Shown here: one piece after another, positions 48,501 through 61,565 of the stretch
How positions within the stretch are numbered: the stretch's first letter is position 1
Layout of the letters: every line of letters begins with the position of its first letter
Source: Harriotta raleighana
Lineage: Eukaryota
Assembly (NCBI GenBank): GCA_050575255.1
Contig: JBNZDD010013730.1
Span: forward strand, 7,151,498-7,215,497
DNA length: 64,000 bases
Reading direction: 5' to 3'
The notes under the pieces: generated by a model
What the model was told of the DNA's origin: nothing
The model's database searches: none
The model's input: only the letters and a program-made list of their open reading frames with translations
Position numbers and translations under genes: made by a program

Positions 48501-51500
48501 AAAGTTATTCTATGGGTTTGCTCTTTCAATGATATTCCTCAATTTCTGTATGCCAATTAAAATGTCTGTTTTAAAACTAGTAATAAAAACAGATGCATAG
48601 TTATTTTTGTAAGCAGTTATGCGAGGCTGCCCTGAAAGCGCGGTGGGTAAATACTCTGCATATGCGGTGCTGACAGGAAAGATCTCGGAGGTTGTTCTTT
48701 GCTTAGCACCATTTTTAACTAGAAAAAGGATTAATATTAAATATTGATATTACAAGAGCTAAAAAAAGGCAGGTTTTCTTGGTTAGTAGCGAGGGCCATT
48801 TACTAAGTGAAAGCGTGGAGATGCTGAGTGACTGTGGGATTGGTTTGAGTGGTAATGTCCTTCATGATTGAATAGATAACAAACAATCCCAGTTTGTGCT
48901 CACACATGAAGAGTGTTCTGTCGTACCATGAATGTTTTAAATTATATAAAACAACGGTTGCCAGTTTTAGAAGAGAAAGTGTATGGTAGAAAAGTGGGAA
49001 GGGAATATTTGAAGATTGGTTTATTAATGCTAAAGTTATTCATAAAGGAAATCCATTCTAACCACACACCATCAAGTCTGTCCTGAAAGTCATTGCACAT
49101 TTGAACATGGCCGTGGTCTATTTATTTGCTCAGTTTATACAAATTAACAAACTAAAAGTTTTTTTTTAGCAACCCAGAAGTAAGTTTAATTTTTGTATGA
49201 AATTATGGTTTGTTTGCTAGGATTTAAGTGAAGCTAAGGATCTAACATCTGGTACATATCCACACATTGCAAAATGGAAGAGGCGTTCCACCCTAAAACA
49301 ATCATTTCAGGACTACAGAATTTTAAGGAATTGGAAAACTAACCGGCACACATTAAATCCTCCACAATCAGGTAAAGTGGGAAACCTGTAATTCTATCAG
49401 GACTTTCAATCGCTGTGCAATTTAGGAACAATAACGATTGTAGTGGCTAATCATAATTGCTCTGTGAACGCTGTCAATTCTGCTGGTGACTTCTTCACAG
49501 AAAGGTTTGTAGGTCATAACTGGTGTGTTGATGTGTATGCACATTACTCACAAGTGCTTTTATCCTCTAATGAATGTATTTTTTGGCAGTGCGAAAAGCC
49601 CCCAAAGCATTGATCTAATATTGCGTGTGGGGGTACCAGAGGAGCTCCAAGTTAGAATGATCGGACTTGATATACTTGGAGCAAGTATATTACATTTCCA
49701 TATATGGTCTTAAAGACCACATGTGGCAATGTAAGGTCAAATTATTCACAGACGACATATTTACAATTAATTTTACTCTTGAAGGAAAACACAATTGGGA
49801 CTGATTTTAGATGAGGAACCCATGAAGACAAAAGTCTTGTCTTTACTTTTTACCATTCATCCTCGATGAGCTGGGCTTTTGGGGATTTTGCATGAGATGG
49901 CTACAGTTTCATTCAAGCGCTGCTGTACGTTATTACAATGTTATGCGAGTCACTTTGTCAAACATTCTGTAAAGACATGGCCAATCCACGGTTTGTCCTC
50001 GAAGGACCCCATGTGGTTCGTCAACTTTCAGTGAATATGTAGATATTTTGATGCAGGGAAGGAAGCTCCTTTGTGTACGAGACTTTCCTGCTTTTTGCTG
50101 CTCTGCGTCGCGGAATTGAATGAAACCCATACTGTACTTACTAAATATGTACAACGCACCATGTATTGCGATGTGATTTTTATTCTAACCCACCCTGCAT
50201 TGGACCTTTCAATCTCTAATGTGGTGTGTTGATTCTCAGCGGATTTTAGACAGCTCATTGATTATTGTACTTCAAATAAAATGTATTTGACCGGTAACCA
50301 AAGAGTAGGTGTTCAGTGTCTGGTCAGTGGATTTGGGGTTCCAGTGATAAGAGCAAACTTGCACCTGTTCACGACGTCAATGTGTTGCTGCGTTGTCTTC
50401 TTACTTACTGACACAATAATAATAATAATTATTATTACTTACTGACACAAAGCACAGCCAGGCGGCCGTATCTATTCTCCGCGCTTTCGGGAAGTATCCC
50501 CTTTCGCGTTTTTGTAAAACCTCCTGCATTTTTGCACCCAGGTGTGTCTGACCTTCTGAAGCTCATCGAGGAGGAAGTGAAGGAACAGGAGGAACTTGCC
50601 GCTCGGTATTCCGAGTTCCAGCCCACTTTGCATCAGCCTGACCATGTGAGTGAGTGGTTCAAGTCGCGTCGCAAGATTGCCAGGAACATGCGCACGGATT
50701 CCGAGCAGATTCGTATGATGCTGCGTAACCGACCAAAGCCAAAATGTACTTACCGACCACCGGTCACTCTCGACAGCAAACTGTTTGCGAAATCGTACGG
50801 TTGCATGAGTTTCGAACCCTTCGTGACTATTCAGAGAGCTTACAGCCTGAAGGAAAAAGAGGTGAAACGGTCCCTGAAGAAGGACTGGGTGCTGGAGTTT
50901 CGCACTATCAACGATGGGGTAAGGAGCCAGGTGAATCAGAGGCATTCGGAGAAAATTAACGGTATTTTGTTGAAGCGCAAGAAAGAGCAAGTGTCGACTG
51001 AGGATCGCTTAGGTCAACGTGAGACAGAAAATGCAGAATCGGTGACGGCGCTTCATCGGGGGAATGCTGACTTTCTCAAACGGAAGAATCAACAAGCTTC
51101 AGAGTACAAGTTGGCCAACGATTTCAACACCTATTACTCTTCGATGTCAAAGGCATTCCAGAAGCACGAAAGATGGCTGAGATATGAAAATATCCTTCAT
51201 GACAGGATAGACGTGGTGCAGAGCTTGAGGAATAAAGCAGAACAACAAAGGGAAATTATGAAAAAAATGATCAAACACAAGTAAGCTCAAAGCTGTTTTG
51301 TTCGTGGTTCATCTGTAAAATAGGTTGAGATTCACCTGCATGTCAGCTTGTTAGGTTCCACCAATGAGTTTTAAATAACCACTAATCCCCATATTTGAAT
51401 GGTAACTGACATTCTCTCTCTTTCAGTTTCTCTATCCCACAGTCTCTCTCGGTCTCTGAGAATCTAACGTTGTATTTTGTTTATATTGTTTCCCAGCAAC

Positions 51501-53264
51501 CAGTGCAGTAGCACTAATCGTGTGTGTGTGTGTGTCTCTCTCTCTCTCTCTCATTCCCTCTATTGGCGAGAGCTCCTGTGGCTCAGTGGTTTAGAGCAGT
51601 CGCCTTACAAGCATGAGACCTGTGTTCGAATCCGGGCAGATCAGGGCGAAACCTTGGGGAAGTTTCCTTACTCCACAAGCCTAATAATAATCCGTCCCCA
51701 AAAACCCCCACAATAATAAAAATCGGTCATTTCAATCCATGACTGTTCGTGGGACGCTGCTGTGCGCAATTGGTTGCCGCGTTTCGCCCATCAATATACA
51801 GTCAATTCACTTTACAGTATATTCTGTGAAGCGCTTTGAGACTTCGATAAGAAGTGAAAAGCACTATATCAAATGCAAGGATTATTATTATTATATTGTG
51901 GAGTCCCCTGGCGCAGTGATTAGAGTACTCGCCTTGCAAGCCTGGGTTTGATTCCTGGCAGGACAAAAGTTTCCTCTGCTTACCTAGCAGTAGAGGGAAC
52001 CCGAATATTAGTCGATTGGAGGAACGCTTTTCTGGGTTTAATGATTCCTTTAAAAACATTAATAATAAATTGTTCACTATATCAAATGCAAGGATTGTTA
52101 TTATTTTTGTGTTGTTTATATTTTGCTTTTAAATACACTTATTTTAGTTCACATTATTGAGTTTATTTTTCATCCAAACATTGTGAAACATTTCAAAACA
52201 TGTTTAAAACAATAGAGAATACTACAAAGAAAACTATTTCCCCCTGCCCCAACATTATCACAACATTATCAACCAAGCATGATTGGTGTCCAAGTTGATT
52301 TGAAATAAATCATTTAACTCTATTTGTTGTATTTATGTTGTAGCTCATTATAATAATAATAATAATAATAATCCTTGCATTTGATATAGCGCTTTTCACA
52401 TCTTATCAACGTCCCAAAGCGCTTCACAGAATATACAGTAAAGTGAATTGACTGTATATATATTTTTTGTGGGCGGAACGCGGCAGCCAATTGCGCACAG
52501 CAGCGTCCCACAAACAGTCGTGGATTGAAATGACCAATTTTATTATTGTGGTTTTTTTGAGAGATTATTATTAGGCATGTGAAGTAAAGAAACTTGCCCA
52601 AGGTTTCGCTCTGATCTGCCTGGATTCAAACACAGGTCTCATGCTTGTAAGGCATGTAAGGCAAGTGCTCTAACCACTGAGCCACAGGAGCTCCACGAGG
52701 AGCTCATTGGCTTGAGATTGAACCAAATTTATTTCCTGAAGAACACTATAGAAAGTATTGGAATCAGTCATGTTTTAAGTAAATTGATGTTTTGGTAGTA
52801 AATTAAGGTTAATTTAAAGATTATCACAACATTTTATATTTATAACTAAAGTTTTTTAAATGGATCAATTGTGTGCTCCGCATTACATCCTAATACTTGG
52901 AGGCAACAGTTTGATCGGTTGATTTTAATATACAGAAGATAACATATTAAAATGCCAGTGTGAATGTGGTTGAACATTGCAATTTACTTGAGGGGTAATC
53001 AACTTTCATTTAATTTTTTTCAGGCAGTTGTCCAGTCAAGCAGAAAATAGTGCAGAGCGGATAGCCATGAGTGCTATCCTCTTCGAAGCAGCTAATGACA
53101 GACTACTGCAAGCTAAAAAGAGGGTGAAATTTCTGAAATCACACCAAATTACTCATGAAATTATAAATGCACTTACAGACAAACAGAATGCTACTGAAAA
53201 TCAAGGTGTCGAGCATGTTTCTTCGACTTCACTGATCAACCTCAGAACAGTTCCAGATATTTGA
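36510..53264 (+). CDS. LRRIQ3: Leucine-rich repeat and IQ domain-containing protein 3
   Basis: Core exons 40289-40534, 42325-42645, 43279-43412, 43880-44042, 44245-44325, 45177-45327 (duplicate 49221-49371), large exon ending 47349 (duplicate 50458-51280), terminal exon 53024-53264. Candidate 5' exons 36510-36587 and 37949-37987 are in frame. LRRs ([18 protein letters not shown]), LRR cap [18 protein letters not shown] motif [13 protein letters not shown], coiled-coil C-terminus. About 758 aa using one duplicate copy. Head-to-head with FPGT as in other vertebrates. Confidence 0.9.
37233..37554 (+). mobile_element. tRNA-derived SINE
   Basis: Head gcagctcaatggttagaccactc...gggttgaattccc, core gggacactgctatgcgcaat, tail caaggattattattatt. 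Confidence 0.85.
40745..40865 (-). mobile_element. CR1-type LINE 3' end
   Basis: Minus strand gatgggctgaatggcctccttttgtgccgtaaacttctatgaatctatgaatctat, with an 8-mer terminal repeat. Shorter matches at about 17155-17200, 42055-42085 and 60180-60215. Confidence 0.7.
41568..41871. repeat. Imperfect inverted repeat (fold-back) in an LRRIQ3 intron
   Basis: TTTGCATCTTGATAGGGAAGAGGCATGCTG...ATCATAAATGGAGTT (41569-41638) pairs with AACTCCATTATGAT...CAGCATGCCTCTTCCCTACCAAGATGCAAA (41800-41870). Inner pair ACATTCATCATAAAT / ATTTACGATGAATGT. Confidence 0.85.
46327..46586 (+). repeat. Short local duplication across N at 46467 (probable assembly overlap artefact)
   Basis: acgacgtcaatgtgttgctgcg...cgcgtttttgta occurs before and after the N. 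The second copy lacks ~21 nt. No such duplication exists in the matching part of the other 4 kb copy (50371-50516). Confidence 0.9.
47637..48174 (+). mobile_element. tRNA-derived SINE followed by a second, internally deleted copy (47967-48174)
   Basis: gtggctcagtggttagagc...gttcgaatcc...gggacgctgctgtgcgcaattggttgccgcg...ggattattatt, then a new head gtggagtcccctggcgcagtg. Confidence 0.9.
51568..52105 (+). mobile_element. Duplicate of the SINE pair at 47637-48174
   Basis: Identical sequence inside the second 4 kb copy. Confidence 0.9.
52350..52696 (-). mobile_element. tRNA-derived SINE with (AAT)n tail
   Basis: Full-length reverse copy with head gtggagctcctgtggctcagtggttagagc on the minus strand. 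Confidence 0.9.
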
Positions 53265-53844
53265 CAGTGAGACAGTATAACCATACCTCCACGTTGCAGT
53301 ATGGAGAAAATGATGACTTCTATAAGAATCAATAATGATAGTATTCATAGGAGTTTTCTATTCCTCTTATTATAAAATGGTTTGTATGTCATGCTTTGTA
53401 CAAACTAATGTCAGCATTGCTTCATATGAATTTGACAATTATATAATGCACTAGTTGTAACCTGACTGCATTTATTTATATACTGTACCAGAGATTTTGT
53501 AGAATATTTTTTAAAATATGTGAACAAAATGGCTGGTTGACAAAACATTCTTGATTGTGCATTTCCCATTGATACTTTTTTTTCTTTGCCATGTTCATTA
53601 TTTTCAAGGGACTGAAGGGAACAGAATTTTTTAACCACCAATTACACACTTTGCTCTTGGCAATACAGTATAGCAAAATGGAGCAGGAAGCTGAGTTTAG
53701 ACTATTCCACATTAATGGTAATTGGGACCAACAAATACAAACTTTATATTATTGAGTTTTTTTCTTCAATGATTAAAAACAATCATTTGTAAGGTTGTGA
53801 GGTCAGGAGCTTGGCTCCACTGTATTGAATCCATGTTTCTTACT

Positions 53845-54005
53845 TTGCTTGGTGTTGACTTCATGGCTGTTTGTGAGACATTGCTGTGCGCAAATTGGCC
53901 GCTGCACTTTAACCATACTCAAAACCACTTTACAGTATATCCTGTGAAATGCTTGGAGACATCTCTATGATGTGATCAGGAGCTATATCAAAGATAGGAT
54001 TATGA
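53845..54005 (+). mobile_element. Partial old SINE (3' half)
   Basis: gctgtttgtgagacattgctgtgcgcaaattggccgctg...gagctatatcaaagataggattat. Confidence 0.7.
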
Positions 54006-55805
54006 TAAAATTCCGGATTACAGCTAAATCATACAAATTGTATTGTACTGTAAAAGGATATCACAAATGTAAAAATAACAAACTTCCAGTTGCCTGACCA
54101 CAAATACTAATTCAATTAATTGAAGAATAAAATGTTCCTAATATCCTTGAAGATGCTCTTTGGACCAGCAATGGAAACCTGGGACGAGCAGACTAAAAAT
54201 TAACCATTCTCGAGTGATTTACTGCACTTATTCAAGAAGATAGCTAATGGAAAATATGAAGAACTTAGTACCTTATTACATTAAAACATTTCAAAGCATT
54301 GCTGAAGTAATTATTGTACTGACTTTTTTGCAGCAAACATGGTAGTGAGATCTTGCAAGCCGTGTGACATCTGTAGCCTTTCAATACCGCAATGTAAAAA
54401 TAGTTCACAATCTCAAACAAGGGGACTATGTGAACTTTGCCATGGTGTTTTACTTAATCTGTTCTATATTCTGTTTATAAAAAAAACAAGTAATTTAAAT
54501 TTTAATATGAATTCAAATGAACTTGTATTTGTTTTACCTCAGGCTTTCAACATTTATTTCAGGAGTCCACCCAGTGTCCAAGATCTGTTTACAAGCTAGG
54601 CAGCCTAGTCATTCAACAATGCCCTGCACATCTTCCCGACGTGAAAGGCGCTCTATAAATGCCATTTTGTTGTTGTTGTTGATGTATCACGGCCCTGCCT
54701 AGCTCAGGTTTCAGATCAATGAGTGTCCCACAGAACAGGATTATTTCAGATGTGTTTGTTCGTGAGGCATGTTAGCATGGAACCAGTAATACACTGCCTA
54801 TCACTCCATGTCCTCCATCAGAAGGCTTCTCACTGTTGCAAGTGTAAAAAGCAGGATTCCTATTTTGGCCCATCTTTGAATGCAAACTTCAAATGGTTTT
54901 TCACATAAATTTTTCTCAGTCAGCAAATGGCACTTGCTCGCGGAAATGGTTTCAAGAGCAAGGCTCAAAACCTATTTGGTTACTAAATGTGGAATTGTAA
55001 TATTGTACACTGCACTTGTGTTGGTACAATGCAGCAACGGAATGAAATTTATGCTTTAAATATTGAAAGAGATTTAAGATAGAGCTGCAATGAACAACCC
55101 TGACAATTGATTACAACTTTGCATTTAAAGCACATGGAGCACTTTTATTTTATAAATCTGGAAAGGCAAAAAGCAAGGCCAATACACTTAAACTTTATTT
55201 TACAGCACATCATGTGGCTTTATTTTTGTTTTTGTGCTATTCATAAAAAGTATTAACTTTCTTTAACGTATAATTACTGAAGTATTGCTAGTGATTTACT
55301 CACACCCATTCATAGAGCAATTTTACTTATTATAGTGTATATTATGGACCAGTAGTTGATAACTCATGTAAGACAAAATGGGTTACATTTCACAGGATGA
55401 AATGAATGTCAGGGATAAACAGTATTGATATTTTATTCCTGTTGACATTCAGACAAATTAGAATCTGCTTTCTGGCTCAAGTAATGAATTATCAAAATGA
55501 ACATTTAACTTATAGTATTTTTAAAAAAACTACTTAATATCTCATCTTTAACCATACTTATTTTTCAATTTGAACATAAAATGTTTCCTGTTGAACATGT
55601 GGATTGTATACATTGGGTTCATCTAAAAAAAAGCTTAAAATTACATGAACCTTATTTGAGTTTTCCAGGTTATTGATACTATTCTGCAAGTGCTATTTGA
55701 AACATTTGTGAAAATGTGTTCCAAGTATTTGCTTGCTATATGTCAATCTGCTGAATGTATATTTTACTCTACGGTATCTATTATTGGTTAAAAATAAGTA
55801 CAGTA

Positions 55806-55824
55806 TAGCGCCCCCTATTGGTGA
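55806..55824 (-). promoter_or_regulatory. CTCF-binding motif
   Basis: Minus strand reads TCACCAATAGGGGGCGCTA, close to the CCASYAGRKGGCRS core. An isolated GC patch in AT-rich DNA. Confidence 0.7.
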
Positions 55825-57099
55825 ATCCGGAGGGCAATAGATATTTCGTTGTGTACTAATTTAGCTCATTTAAAAAATGTGATTATCGGAATATGTAGAA
55901 AATATAATGTTAAAGTCAATTCAATGGCTTGAAAAGTTGTTTTACACACACAGACACACTGCATCTATATATTTTGTAGGGCAAATCACAGTCTCTCAAA
56001 AGTCTTATACCATCTTGTATCATTCATCATTAAATAGAGAATTAGATTAATTAGCCTAGTTCTCCAATAGCAATCACATTTTAACATCGTAAACACTTAC
56101 AATTTATGTATATGTTTATGTGAATGTGTGATGTCTAGTTGGTACCAAAGCATTATTGCATCCAGCATAATTGATACAACACTTTGCATAGTACCATTTT
56201 ACCAAATATCTAACTTTTATCACTTAAGGATAATGACTTGTTTTTATTGTGCTAAGTAGTTGGCAATGTAAAACCTACAATCCTGAATGATTATATTGAA
56301 AAAGACAGTGGTTCGTGGTATTGACAGATAATTAGATTAAGCATTGCTACCGGCTAAACAGCTGGGCCATTCATGATCCATGTGAATTTATGAAAAAGGA
56401 TTTACAGATACCCTGCGACATAGCTCTGACTTGTCAGAGGCTTTAAAGATCAGAACAGTGTTAAACCAGAGGAATATTTTGGACTCCAGTAGGAAATAAT
56501 AATGTCATTCAATCCCCACATTCTTCAAACCAAAATGTTATCATTTTTCTATGATAAATTATTGAATCATCAATATTGATTACCCAAATATTCACTCCAT
56601 GCAGCATAAAAACATATGAAACATGAAACAACCTAATCCTTTTTAGAATTAGGTAAGCAAGACGCATGCATCCAAGGAGGGAGTGCAGATTCCAATGATT
56701 TGTCTCTAGAATTTCGATGTGTCGTGTATTGTAAGGAATTCTCAGTTTAGTTTGGATACTGATAACCGCAATGGTTTCTGCATAGAGTATTCAAAAACAT
56801 TGAAGGAAAATTTTTAAATTTGGCTTCTTTTCCTCCATAGATAACACCCACAGTACCGTAGGTTCATGATTCAACAATCCATATATAGTACTGTAATCTC
56901 ATTTATCTGCTCCCCTGAACCCCAAATAATACAGATTCTGCCACAACCATGCCGTATAATGTGCTACTCATCTTTGGCAATTTGTTTTTCTGATTTTTCT
57001 TTTGAAAAATGTATATTCACTTAAATTTCAGATAGAAAACACCAAATAAAGTACTTTAAAACAATGATTCTCGGGAGAGATATGATGCAGTCCAGAGAA

Positions 57100-57118
57100 T
57101 TGCCACCAGAGGGCAATG
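57100..57118 (+). promoter_or_regulatory. CTCF-binding motif
   Basis: TTGCCACCAGAGGGCAATG matches the core. TGCAGT at 57086-57091 resembles the upstream extension motif. Confidence 0.6.
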
Positions 57119-58989
57119 AAAATGCAGTTTATCAAAAAGGAAGGAGGTAAGTACCCAAATGCTTTCAGATATGTGAGAGCTACCAGAACAGAAAGTAGCA
57201 AATTTAAAGATTTTTTAAAAATCAGGTTGTTTCTATTTCCGTGTGAACACCAATAACTATTTCTGTGCTGTTTTGTATGTTGGGAGTATGTTGTTCACAT
57301 TTAGCTGTGCAGCTTCAGTTACTGATGGATGGCAAATGTTTAAATTGATTAATGAATTAAATAAATAAATTCCAATTAATTCCTTCACAGATACTGTGGC
57401 CTCTTCTGAATCAAAAGCTTTGTGTACAACTTTAACCTTCTGCACCCCCAACCCTGCACACTCTGAGCCTACTACCTGTCATTTTTAAGGCTGCAAATAT
57501 ATTTCACTAATTTTTGTTTGAATTCTTTGCCTTCCAGCATCATAAAAAAAGTCTTTACTGATTAAAATGATTTGTGTCAGATTGCAGAACATTGTGAACA
57601 TGAACAAATATGTACTGATTTTGAATCAAATTTAAATATACACAAGCCTAAATATGGTTACAAATGAATTGCAGAGAATCATTACAGTTACATTACCCTA
57701 TTTGAAGAATTTTGAGGTCATTGCTCTTGTTAATGCCTATCTATGCTGGTTTTATATGGTTGAAATCTAGATCTAGACTGTTATTGAACCCAAAATGATT
57801 GATTTCTTTCTACATACCATGTTGACGTGTTCAACAAAGTAACTGATTAAATGAAACCTTAATACCAATTATTCTGATTCTTGTAACCAGACAGTGGTAA
57901 ACTAATCCGTATTGAATCTGCCTTGAATTAAATATTAAATGTTGTTTAAATTGCTGCAAAGACATTTTTGTCAGAACTTTTGCAGCCAACCTACAGAAAA
58001 TGTTTCACATTGGTCGACAGTAGCTGTATTTGATACCTTCACAGTAATCCTTCAGTGTTTTACAATGTTATATTCTATTCTAATTTGATGAGGAAACCTG
58101 ATTTTATTGGAGATGATTCTTTCTTCCCTCTTTTCTGTCCATAGAAATCAATAGAAGTGGAAGTGTAAATAATCTAGTTCTCAGTGTATCTTGTTTTAAG
58201 ATCTATCTTTTCAACTGCACTTTTGGCCATCATAAAACTAAACCTATGCAGCTCGGGTTTCTCATGAGCTGTGTAAAGCACTTTGAGACATGTAAGGCTC
58301 TCTATCAATGTAAATCGTTTTGAAAGCACATTTGACTCATGTGACCAAATGTGTCCCTCTAGAATAGTGCATTGTCTTCTGATCACAAGAGTTTGCCTTG
58401 GAGATCAAGCACAACATTCATTATTAAGTTGTGGAATCTTATTTATTCTTGTAGTAAGAAAATGCTTAATTATTTCAGTGTTGCTTACCCTATGATTGAG
58501 TTGTGAAATTCCCATTCATGAAACAAAATACAAATTCTATTGCTTAATTCATAACAGGATTATATCAGATACACTTGGGAGGGATGCATTATATAGTGTC
58601 AAATCCCTGAATTTAACATCTTTCAGTTGATTATTGGAAATTACAAGGTCCACAGATAGCTGAAAACACACTAAACGTGTGATGTTATTCTTATCTCTGC
58701 CAGCAGGCAAGAAGATTTACCATTATGACTTAAATTCATTGTAATTCATTGTAATTGTAACTGCTACATTCATATTCATGGCCATCATGCTAATCCAGTG
58801 TCTTGCAGCCTGATTTAGATAAGACGTGCTATGAACTCAGTCCAGTTTGGATACCCTTTGTTGTCAGATCCTTACAAAGCAATTTTCATTGAATAATTAA
58901 AAGAGTGTGAGTAGTCATGTTTATTCAATGTGATACATTTAGATCTTATAATTCTTCCAAAAAGCTGTAACCTGATTCAATTTATTATA

Positions 58990-59163
58990 AGATAATAATC
59001 CTTGCATTTGAAATAGCACCTTATCACGTTTTCAAGATGGCTCAAAACGTTTCACAGAATATACTGTAGATTCACAGAATATATTGTATATTTTGTGGGC
59101 GAAATGTACATAGCAGTGTTCCATAAACAGTTACGGATTGAAATGATCAATTGATTATTATTA
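58990..59163 (-). mobile_element. Partial SINE (3' half)
   Basis: ataataatccttgcatttgaaatagcacc...ttcacagaatatactgta...ggattgaaatgatcaatt. Confidence 0.75.
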
Positions 59164-61565
59164 ATCACATACACATGGGCACCCCCATACACATGGAACC
59201 ATGCCCTCCCACACAGACAACGCGACACACAGACACCTCACACACACATAAAAATCGCCAATCTTACACAGATGAGTGAAGTTAAAGAGCTTTGCACTTT
59301 GTTATGTTCAAATTTGTCATCCCAAACCCTGTTTAGTAAATGCAATGTTTAAGATACTTGAATATAGTTTGTAATCAACAACAACAACTTGCATGTATAT
59401 GACACCTTTCACGCCGGTCAGTGTCGTGGAGTGCTTCTCCCACACTGAAGAAACCCGTATAAGATACTCCATTCCCTATTTTTGTTTTAATTTCATTTAA
59501 CCTTCAGCTAATAGCTTCAGTCTGCAATAATGGTAAATCAGACCAATTTTCAAGATTTTGGGTTTGGAATAGGTCTGAGTGACCCTACCTGTTAAGAAAA
59601 AATGATATTGTTTTCACAAGAAATGGGATATGTGTTTTCTCTTTGCAGGCAATCAAAATATACCGAAAGGAACAAAATCTATGTGTTAAGGTCTTACATT
59701 GTACTTTTAAACTGGTCAAATATGTTTTATGGAGGCTTATCTTGCTGTAAATTACAATGGATTTGGTCAATGTTGAATAGCCTAATTTAACTCTATGAAC
59801 ATTTCCTTTTACATGTCAATTTTACAAGATAATACATCTTTTGCAGGATTAGTGGAGATTTTATTTTTCACACATCTACTGTACTAACGTAGTAATCTGT
59901 GAGAAAACATTCACTGGAGGGAAAAGAGAATGAAACAAATTATTCACATTGTTTTTAAAATTCAATGAAGAGAATTTAAATATTGTTACCTCTGTGTTTT
60001 ATATTGAATATCTATGAACTCAATGTATGACTAAAAGTCTGAAATAACCTTGAGATTTGTATAAACCAGTCATCTTAATCTTGTTTGGTCCTATAATAAA
60101 ATGTGAAGGAGAAAATAATTGTGGAGTTTGGGAGAGAGGATAAAGAGAGTTGCAAATTTACCAACCCAAACTACAGTAGTTGGGCCGAATGGCTTGCTTC
60201 CGTGCTGGAACATTCCTTTTACGAAGGTGTCCAAAGACATGATGGTTCAAGACAAAAAGTTTCAGGTGTGATTTGAAGATGGGTAAAGAGAAATCAAGAC
60301 AAGGAGTTCCAGAGATTTGGGACATTTCAGTGGTTGAAAATCATTCCTATTTATGGTTTTTGTGTGTGCAGATCAGCATTGGATGTGGTATCTTCTGATT
60401 AGTTGTTGAGATTTGCGCCTCAGTACAATATTATAAATATAATATATTATATTGCACTTAAATTAGTGACAAAAGAGCAGCTGTGGAAAAGGAGATATTG
60501 CGTTCATTGGAAGAAGGGCTGGGTAAACGTTAATGGTGATTTTATTTTAAAAAAACTTTAAGATTTATCTTCTATTATATTTGTATAGAATAGAATAATA
60601 ACAGCTTTTGATGCTGCAAATTACATTTCACAAAGGAATAAATAGGAAAACATTTTTTATCTTACAATGTAATGTACCTTCCTACATTTACCTTAATTGT
60701 AGGGTAAAAAATGTAAGGTTTAAATAGTATTATTATTATATTATTGATTTTTAACATCCAGGTTCTTTATGCTGTTAACTGTATCTAGGCTTGTGTCCAT
60801 ATTATGAATAAGAAAAATACAAAATAAATCCACCAAACCATATTCAGATTGTCACCCAATACTATAATAGGTAATTTGGGTTTTACTGGAACACAGCTCC
60901 AGCTCAGTTGTGTCTGGGATGCCTACAGAGGTTTTCATCTTGTGTAGAACCTTAGGATCAGTAAGAGCATTAAATAGCATTTTTTTCAAATGAATTTTGC
61001 TGGCGTGCAGCCCAGACTGCAAGTATCTTGCAAAACCTTCACCATGGAAACCGTGTTTAAAGAAAGGACTTTGTAATGCTTAGGTACAATTTGCACTATA
61101 TACAGGATGGCTTTTCGTTGTTCAAAAGATCTGCAACTTTTTGATCCACAAAATCAGGTTTTCCTCTTTAATCTAAGCCCTGACTAATTGTACAAAATAA
61201 TTGCTTGAAACATTTGTGACATTTCTCCTACTTACTCAATGTTTCATCACAAATATGACTAAAGTGGTTGAAACAAGTTACTGCTGTAGTCTGCCTTATT
61301 CATGTTTAATACTGATCAATCATTACAATACCATTTCTGATTTTAATAGGTCCTCTAATTTGTGTACTTCGACTACCTTAATGTCTATGCAGAAACTGCC
61401 TCCAAGTATATGCTACAATGAATAAACTTGCCACCGCCAACAGATACATTTGTGCCCCAGTGTAAGATCTCGCCACATTTCCTAGGATTCTTCTTGAGAT
61501 CAGTTGTTAAGATCCTTGATTGTTTTTTGAAATAATCAGTGGATTGTATAAAATTTCATAACATA

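Larger units (their letters stand above)
44353..52326 (+). repeat. ~4 kb near-identical tandem duplication (44353-48395 / 48397-52326) joined at a single N; probable haplotype/assembly false duplication
   Basis: The two copies differ at only a few positions (acatcgcc/acatggcc, gataacag/gataagag, ccgaag/ccaaag, aagttg/aagctg, AAT tract length). The junction is exactly the N at 48396. The ORF track shows the same 250-aa ORF twice. Confidence 0.95.

Noticed and set aside
46601-51284. Two identical 250-aa ORFs suggesting a tandem gene pair
   Set aside because: They are one internal LRRIQ3 exon, ending at a GTAAG donor, seen twice in a duplication joined at an N.
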